Assembly (NCBI GenBank): GCA_965248355.1
Contig: OZ252098.1
Coordinates: forward strand, 4,576,001-4,640,000
Reading direction: 5' to 3'
Length of the DNA: 64,000 nucleotides
From: Candidatus Latescibacterota bacterium
GTDB lineage: Bacteria > Latescibacterota > UBA2968 > UBA8231
The first letter of the stretch is position 1; each line of letters starts with the position of its first letter. Below the pieces are notes generated by a model, which made no database searches, was not told where the DNA came from, and was given only the letters and a program-made list of their open reading frames with translations. The position numbers and the translations under genes were made by a program. Of this stretch, positions 19,201 through 28,200 are shown in pieces.

Positions 19201-22200
19201 TCACCCGGCGCCGCCCTCAGCGCCTCCGGCACCGCCGGCGCCGCCAACGGCGTCGCACTCACCGGGGCCGACGCCGCCCCGGTTCCCGAGGCGTTCAGCG
19301 CCCGCACCCTGAACGTGTAGGCGGTGCCGTTGGTCAGGCCCGTCACCGTGTAATCGGTCGTCTCGTCGTCGCTGCCGCTGATCGGGCTGTAGCTCGTGCC
19401 GTCGTCGCTGCTCACCTGGTAGCCGCTGATGCTGCTGTTGCCCGGGTCGGTCCAGCTCAAGGCCACCTCCCCGTCACCCGGCGCCGCACTCAGCCCCGCC
19501 GGCGCCTCCGGCACCGCCAGCGGCGTCGCACTCACCGGGGCCGACGCCGCCCCGGTTCCCGAGGCGTTCACCGCCCGCACCCTGAAGGTGTAGGCGGTGC
19601 CGTTGGTCAGACTCGTTACCGTGTGGCCGGTGGTGCCGGCGCCGCTGCCGCTGATCGTGTCGTAGGAACTGCCGTCGTCGCTGCTCACCTGGTAGTCGCT
19701 GATGCTGCTGTTGCCGGGGTCGGTCCAGCTCAGGGCCACCTCCCCGTCACCCGGCGCCGCCCTCAGCCCCGCCGGCGCCTCCGGCACCGCCAACGGCGTC
19801 GCACTCACCGCGGCCGACGCCGCCCCGGTTCCCGAGGCGTTCACCGCCCGCACCCTGAACGTGTAGGCGGTGCCGTTGGTCAGGCCCGTCACCGTGTAAT
19901 CGGTCGTCTCGTCGTCGCTGCCGCTGATCTCGATGTAGTCGCCCCCGTCGCGGCTCAGCTCATAGCCGCTGATGCTGCTGTTGCCGGGGTCGGTCCAGCT
20001 CAGGGCCACCTGCCCGTCACCCGGCGCCGCCCTCAGCCCCGCCGGCGCCGCCGGCACCGCCAGCGGCGTCGCACTCACCGGGGCCGACGCCGCCCCCTTC
20101 CCCGAGGCGTTCACCGCCCGCACCCTGAAGGTGTAGGCGGTGCCGTTGGTCAGACTCGTTACCGTGTGGCCGGTGGTGCCGGCGCCGCTGCCGCTGATCG
20201 TGTCGTAGGAACTGCCGTCGTCGCTGCTCACCTGGTAGCCGCTGATGGTGCTGTTGCCGGGTTCGGTCCAGCTCAGGGCCACCTGCCCGTCACCCGGCGC
20301 CGCACTCAGCCCCGCCGGCGCCTCCGGCACCGCCAGCGGCGTCGCACTCACCGGGGCCGACGCCGCCCCGGTTCCCGAGGCGTTCAGCGCCCGCACCCTG
20401 AAGGTGTAGGCGGTGCCGTTGGTCAGACTCGTTACCGTGTGGCCGGTGGTGCCGGCGCCGCTGCCGCTGATCGTGTCGTAGGAACTGCCGTCGTCGCTGC
20501 TCACCTGGTAGTCGCTGATGGTGCTGTTGCCGGGGTCGGTCCAGCTCAGGGCCACCTCCCCGTCACCCGGCGCCGCCCTCAGCCCCGCCGGCGCCTCCGG
20601 CACCGCCAACGGCGTCGCACTCACCGCGGCCGACGCCGCCCCGGTTCCCGAGGCGTTCAGCGCCCGCACCCTGAAGGTGTAGGCGGTGCCGTTGGTCAGA
20701 CTCGTTACCGTGTGGCTGGTGGTGCCGGCGCCGCTGCCGCTGATCGGGCTGTAGGAACTGCCGTCGTCGCGGCTCACCTGGTAGCCGCTGATGCTGCTGT
20801 TGCCCGGGTCGGTCCAGCTCAGGGCCACCTGCCCGTCACCCGGCGCCGCACTCAGCCCCGCCGGCGCCTCCGGCACCGCCAGCGGCGTCGCACTCACCGG
20901 GGCCGACGCGGCCCCGGTTCCCGAGGCGTTCACCGCCCGCACCCTGAAGGTGTAGGCGGTGCCGTTGGTCAGACTCGTTACCGTGTGGCCGGTGGTGCCG
21001 GCGCCGCTGCCGCTGATCGTGTCGTAGGAACTGCCGTCGTCGCTGCTCACCTGGTAGCCGCTGATGCTGCTGTTGCCGGGGTCGGTCCAGCTCAGGGCCA
21101 CCTGCCCGTCACCCGGCGCCGCACTCAGCCCCGCCGGCGCCTCCGGCACCGCCAGCGGCGTCGCACTCACCGGGGCCGACGCCGCCCCGGTTCCCGAGGC
21201 GTTCACCGCCCGCACCCTGAAGGTGTAGGCGGTGCCGTTGGTCAGACTCGTTACCGTGTGGCCGGTGGTGCCGGCGCCGCTGCCGCTGATCGTGTCGTAG
21301 GAACTGCCGTCGTCGCTGCTCACCTGGTAGCCGCTGATGCTGCTGTTGCCGGGGTCGGTCCAGCTCAGGGCCACCTGCCCGTCACCCGGCGCCGCCCTCA
21401 GCCCCGCCGGCGCCTCCGGCACCGCCAGCGGCGTCGCACTCACCGGGGCCGACGCGGCCCCGGTTCCCGAGGCGTTCAGCGCCCGCACCCTGAAGGTGTA
21501 GGCGGTGCCGTTGGTCAGACTCGTTACCGTGTGGCTGGTGGTGCCGGCGCCGCTGCCGCTGATCGGGCTGTAGGAACTGCCGTCGTCGCGGCTCACCTGG
21601 TAGCCGCTGATGCTGCTGTTGCCGGGGTCGGTCCAGCTCAGGGCCACCTGCCCGTCACCCGGCGCCGCACTCAGCCCCGCCGGCGCCGCCGGCACCGCCA
21701 GCGGCGTCGCACTCACCGGGGCCGACGCCGCCCCGGTTCCCGAGGCGTTCACCGCCCGCACCCTGAACGTGTAGGCGGTGCCGTTGGTCAGGCCCGTCAC
21801 CGTGTAATCGGTCGTCTCGTCGTCGCTGCCGCTGATCTCGATGTAGTCGCCCCCGTCGCTGCTCACCTCGTAGCCGCTGATGCTGCTGTTGCCCGGGTCC
21901 GTCCAGCTCAGGGCCACCTGCCCGTCACCCGGCGCCGCACTCAGCCCCGCCGGCGCCTCCGGCACCGCCAACGGCGTCGCACTCACCGCGGCCGACGCCG
22001 CCCCCTTCCCCGAGGCGTTCACCGCCCGCACCCTGAACGTGTATTCGGTGCCGTTGGTCAGGCCCGTCACCGTGTAATCGGTCGTCTCGTCGTCGCTGCC
22101 GCTGATCTCGATGTAGTCGCCCCCGTCGCTGCTCACCTCGTAGCCGCTGATGCTGCTGTTGCCCGGGTCCGTCCAGCTCAGGGCCACCTCCCCGTCACCC

Positions 22201-25200
22201 GGCGCCGCACTCAGCCCCGCCGGCGCCTCCGGCACCGCCAGCGGCGTCGCACTCACCGGGGCCGACGCCGCCCCGGTTCCCGAGGCGTTCACCGCCCGCA
22301 CCCTGAACGTGTAGGCGGTGCCGTTGGTCAGACTCGTTACCGTGTGGCCGGTGGTGCCGGCGCCGCTGCCGCTGATCGTGTCGTAGGAACTGCCGTCGTC
22401 GCTGCTCACCTGGTAGTCGCTGATGCTGCTGTTGCCGGGGTCGGTCCAGCTCAGGGCCACCTGCCCGTCACCCGGCGCCGCCCTCAGCCCCGCCGGCGCC
22501 TCCGGCACCGCCAGCGCCTCCGGCACCGCCAACGGCGTCGCACTCACCGCGGCCGACGCCGCCCCGGTTCCCGAGGCGTTCACCGCCCGCACCCTGAACG
22601 TGTAGGCGGTGCCGTTGGTCAGGCCCGTCACCGTGTAATCGGTCGTCTCGTCGTCGCTGCCGCTGATCGTGTCGTAGGAACTGCCGTCGTCGCTGCTCAC
22701 CTGGTAGCCGCTGATGGTGCTGTTGCCCGGGTCGGTCCAGCTCAGGGCCACCTGCCCGTCACCCGGCGCCGCCCTCAGCCCCGCCGGCGCCTCCGGCACC
22801 GCCAACGGCGTCGCACTCACCGGGGCCGACGCCGCCCCGGTTCCCGAGGCGTTCACCGCCCGCACCCTGAACGTGTAGGCGGTGCCGTTGGTCAGACTCG
22901 TTACCGTGTAATCGGTCGTCTCGTCGTCGCTGCCGCTGATCGTGTCGTAGGAACTGCCGTCGTCGCTGCTCACCTGGTAGCCGCTGATGCTGCTGTTGCC
23001 GGGGTCGGTCCAGCTCAGCGCCACCTCCCCGTCACCCGGCGCCGCCCTCAGCCCCGCCGGCGCCTCCGGCACCGCCAACGGCGTCGCACTCACCGCGGCC
23101 GACGCCGCCCCGGTTCCCGAGGCGTTCACCGCCCGCACCCTGAACGTGTAGGCGGTGCCGTTGGTCAGGCCCGTCACCGTGTAATCGGTCGTCTCGTCGT
23201 CGCTGCCGCTGATCTCGATGTAGTCGCCCCCGTCGCGGCTCAGCTCATAGCCGCTGATGGTGCTGTTGCCGGGTTCGGTCCAGCTCAGGGCCACCTGCCC
23301 GTCACCCGGCGCCGCCCTCAGCCCCGCCGGCGCCTCCGGCACCGCCAGCGGCGTCGCACTCACCGGGGCCGACGCCGCCCCCTTCCCCGAGGCGTTCACC
23401 GCCCGCACCCTGAAGGTGTAGGCGGTGCCGTTGGTCAGACTCGTTACCGTGTGGCCGGTGGTGCCGGCGCCGCTGCCGCTGATCGTGTCGTAGGAACTGC
23501 CGTCGTCGCTGCTCACCTGGTAGCCGCTGATGCTGCTGTTGCCGGGGTCGGTCCAGCTCAGGGCCACCTGCCCGTCACCCGGCGCCGCACTCAGCCCCGC
23601 CGGCGCCTCCGGCACCGCCAACGGCGTCGCACTCACCGCGGCCGACGCCGCCCCGGTTCCCGAGGCGTTCAGCGCCCGCACCCTGAACGTGTAGGCGGTG
23701 CCGTTGGTCAGACTCGTTACCGTGTGGCCGGTGGTGCCGGCGCCGCTGCCGCTGATCTCGATGTAGTCGCCCCCGTCGCTGCTCACCTGGTAGCCGCTGA
23801 TGCTGCTGTTGCCCGGGTCGGTCCAGCTCAAGGCCACCTCCCCGTCACCCGGCGCCGCACTCAGCCCCGCCGGCGCCTCCGGCACCGCCAGCGGCGTCGC
23901 ACTCACCGCGGCCGACGCCGCCCCGGTTCCCGAGGCGTTCACCGCCCGCACCCTGAACGTGTAGGCGGTGCCGTTGGTCAGGCCCGTCACCGTGTAATCG
24001 GTCGTCTCGTCGTCGCTGCCGCTGATCGGGCTGTAGCTCGTGCCGTCGTCGCTGCTCACCTGGTAGCCGCTGATGCTGCTGTTGCCGGGGTCGGTCCAGC
24101 TCAGGGCCACCTGCCCGTCACCCGGCGCCGCCCTCAGCCCCGCCGGCGCCTCCGGCACCGCCAGCGGCGTCGCACTCACCGGGGCCGACGCCGCCCCGGT
24201 CCCCGAGGCGTTCACCGCCCGCACCCTGAACGTGTAGGCGGTGCCGTTGGTCAGACTCGTTACCGTGTGGCCGGTGGTGCCGGCGTCGCTGCCGCTGATC
24301 TCGATGTAGTCGCCCCCGTCGCGGCTCACCTGGTAGCCGCTGATGCTGCTGTTGCCGGGGTCGGTCCAGCTCAAGGCCACCTGCCCGTCACCCGGCGCCG
24401 CACTCAGCCCCGCCGGCGCCGCCGGCACCGCCAACGGCGTCGCACTCACCGCGGCCGACGCCGCCCCGGTTCCCGAGGCGTTCAGCGCCCGCACCCTGAA
24501 CGTGTAGGCGGTGCCGTTGGTCAGACTCGTTACCGTGTGGCCGGTGGTGCCGGCGCCGCTGCCGCTGATCGTGTCGTAGGAACTGCCGTCGTCGCTGCTC
24601 ACCTGGTAGTCGCTGATGCTGCTGTTGCCGGGGTCGGTCCAGCTCAGGGCCACCTGCCCGTCACCCGGCGCCGCCCTCAGCCCCGCCGGCGCCTCCGGCA
24701 CCGCCAGCGGCGTCGCACTCACCGGGGCCGACGCGGCCCCGGTTCCCGAGGCGTTCAGCGCCCGCACCCTGAAGGTGTAGGCGGTGCCGTTGGTCAGACT
24801 CGTTACCGTGTGGCTGGTGGTGCCGGCGCCGCTGCCGCTGATCGGGCTGTAGGAACTGCCGTCGTCGCGGCTCACCTGGTAGCCGCTGATGCTGCTGTTG
24901 CCGGGGTCGGTCCAGCTCAGGGCCACCTGCCCGTCACCCGGCGCCGCACTCAGCCCCGCCGGCGCCGCCGGCACCGCCAGCGGCGTCGCACTCACCGGGG
25001 CCGACGCCGCCCCGGTTCCCGAGGCGTTCAGCGCCCGCACCCTGAACGTGTAGGCGGTGCCGTTGGTCAGGCCCGTCACCGTGTAATCGGTCGTCTCGTC
25101 GTCGCTGCCGCTGATCTCGATGTAGTCGCCCCCGTCGCTGCTCACCTCGTAGCCGCTGATGCTGCTGTTGCCCGGGTCCGTCCAGCTCAGGGCCACCTGC

Positions 25201-28200
25201 CCGTCACCCGGCGCCGCCCTCAGCCCCGCCGGCGCCTCCGGCACCGCCAACGGCGTCGCACTCACCGCGGCCGACGCCGCCCCCTTCCCCGAGGCGTTCA
25301 CCGCCCGCACCCTGAACGTGTATTCGGTGCCGTTGGTCAGGCCCGTCACCGTGTAATCGGTCGTCTCGTCGTCGCTGCCGCTGATCTCGATGTAGTCGCC
25401 CCCGTCGCTGCTCACCTCGTAGCCGCTGATGCTGCTGTTGCCCGGGTCCGTCCAGCTCAGGGCCACCTCCCCGTCACCCGGCGCCGCACTCAGCCCCGCC
25501 GGCGCCGCCGGCACCGCCAGCGGCGTCGCACTCACCGCGGCCGATGCCGCCCCCGTCCCCGAGGCGTTCACCGCCCGCACCCTGAACGTGTAGGCGGTGC
25601 CGTTGGTCAGATCGTCGACGGTGTGGCTGGTGGTGTTCGCGCCGCTGCCGCTGATCTCGATGTAGTCGCCCCCGTCGCTGCTCACCTCGTAGCCGCTGAT
25701 GCTGCTGTTGCCCGGGTCCGTCCAGCTCAGCGCCACCTCCCCGTCACCCGGCGCCGCACTCAGCCCCGACGGCGCCGCCGGCACCGCCAGCGGCGTCGCC
25801 GTCGCCGTCGCCGGCTCTCCGGTGCCCCTTACGTTCACCGCCCGCACCGCGAAGGTGTATTCGGTGCCGTTGGTCAGGCCCGTCTCCGTGTGGCCGGTGG
25901 TGCCGGCGCCGCTGCCGCTGATCGTGTCGTAGGAACTGCCGCCGTCGCTGCTGACCTGGTAGTCGCTGATCGTCGCGTTGCCCGGGTCCGTCCAGCTCAG
26001 CGCCACCTCCCCGTCACCCGGCGTCGCACTCAGCCCCGACGGCGCCGCCGGCAATTCCACATTCGTCACCGTGGGCGTCGCCCACACCCACGCCGCCGCC
26101 CCGTTAACCGCCCGCACCCCAAAGGTGTATTCGGTGCCGTTGGCCAGCCCGGTCACGATGTGCTCGGTGGTGGTGGCGTCGCTGGTGCTGATCGAGTTGT
26201 AGGAACTGCCCCCGTCGCTGCTCACCTCGTAGCCGCTGATGCTGCTGTTGCCCGGGTCCGTCCAGCTCAGCTCCACCTCCCCGTTGCCGACCTTCGCACC
26301 GAGATTCGTCGGCGCCGCAAACAGCGGCGTCGCACTCACCGCGGCCGACGCCGCCCCCGTCCCCGAGGCGTTCACCGCCCGCACCCTGAACGTGTAGGCG
26401 GTGCCGTTGGTCAGATCGTCGACGGTGTGGCTGGTGGTGTTCGCGCCGCTGCCGCTGATCTCGATGTAGTCGCCCTCGTCGCGGCTCACCTCGTAGCCGC
26501 TGATGCTGCTGTTGCCCGGGTCCGTCCAGCTCAGCGCCACCTCCCCGTCACCCGGCGTCGCACTCAGCCCCGACGGCGCCGCCGGCACCGCCAACGGCGT
26601 CGCACTCACCGCGGCCGACGCCGCCCCCGTCCCCGAGGCGTTCACCGCCCGCACCCTGAACGTGTAGGCGGTGCCGTTGGTCAGATCGTCGACGGTGTGG
26701 CTGGTGGTGTTCGCGCCGCTGCCGCTGATCGTGTCGTAGGAACTGCCGCCGTCGCTGCTGACCTGGTAGTCGCTGATCGTCGCGTTGCCCGGGTCCGTCC
26801 AGCTCAGCGCCACCTCCCCGTCACCCGGCGTCGCACTCAGCCCCGACGGCGCCGCCGGCACCGCCAACGGCGTCGCACTCACCGCGGCCGATGCCGCCCC
26901 CATCCCCGAGGCGTTCACCGCCCGCACCCTGAACGTGTAGGCGGTGCCGTTGGTCAGATCGTCGACGGTGTGGCTGGTGGTGTTCGCGCCGCTGCCGCTG
27001 ATCTCGATGTAGTCGCCCCCGTCGCTGCTCACCTCGTAGCCGCTGATGCTGCTGTTGCCCGGGTCCGTCCAGCTCAGCGCCACCTCCCCGTCACCCGGCG
27101 TCGCACTCAGCCCCGACGGCGCCGCCGGCACCGCCAGCGGCGTCGCCGTCGCCGTCGCCGGCTCTCCGGTGCCCCTTACGTTCACCGCCCGCACCGCGAA
27201 GGTGTATTCGGTGCCGTTGGTCAGGCCCGTCTCCGTGTGGCTGGTGGTGTTCGCGCCGCTGCCGCTGATCGTGTCGTAGGAACTGCCGCCGTCGCTGCTG
27301 ACCTGGTAGTCGCTGATCGTCGCGTTGCCCGGGTCCGTCCAGCTCAGCGCCACCTCCCCGTCACCCGGCGTCGCACTCAGCCCCGACGGCGCCGCCGGCA
27401 ATTCCACATTCGTCACCGTGGGCGTCGCCCACACCCACGCCGCCGCCCCGTTAACCGCCCGCACCCCAAAGGTGTATTCGGTGCCGTTGGCCAGCCCGGT
27501 CACGATGTGCTCGGTGGTGGTGGCGTCGCTGGTGCTGATCGAGTTGTAGGAACTGCCGCCGTCGCTGCTCACCTCGTAGCCGCTGATGCTGCTGTTGCCC
27601 GGGTCCGTCCAGCTCAGCTCCACCTCCCCGTTGCCGACCTTCGCACCGAGATTCGTCGGCGCCGCAAACAGCGGCGTCGCACTCACCATCGCCGCCACAC
27701 CGTTCGCCGGGCAGTTCACCGCCCGCACCGCAAAGCTATATTCGGTGCCGTTGCTCAGGCTGTCGACGATATGAGCGGTGGTGATGGCTATCGGGGTGTA
27801 ATTTGCGCCGTTGTCGCTGCTCACCTCATAGCCGCTGATGGCGGAGTTGCCTGGGTTGGTCCAGTTCAGCGTCACCTGCCCGTCGCCGACCGTCGCCGAC
27901 AGATCAGCCGGCGACGCAAACAGAGGCGTCTCTCTTACCGTGGCCGCCACACCGTTCACCGCCCGCACTGTAAACGGTTGCTCCGTGCCGCCGGCCAGTC
28001 CCGTTACCGTGTGCTCGGTGGTAGTGGCGCCGGTAGTGGCGCCGCTGTTGTCGATGGTGCTGTAGTTCGTGCCCCCGTCACTGCTGACCTCGTAGCCGGT
28101 GATGCTGCTGTCCCACGGGTTGTCCCAGGTCAGGGTCACCTGCCTACCACCCGGCGAGGCCTGGAGGCCCTTCGGCGCCGCAAACAGCGGCGTCTCCGTC

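Noticed and set aside
18705..27690. Possible CRISPR array or non-coding repeat
   Set aside because: Units are about 270 bp, in frame and coding; no unique spacers and no cas genes.
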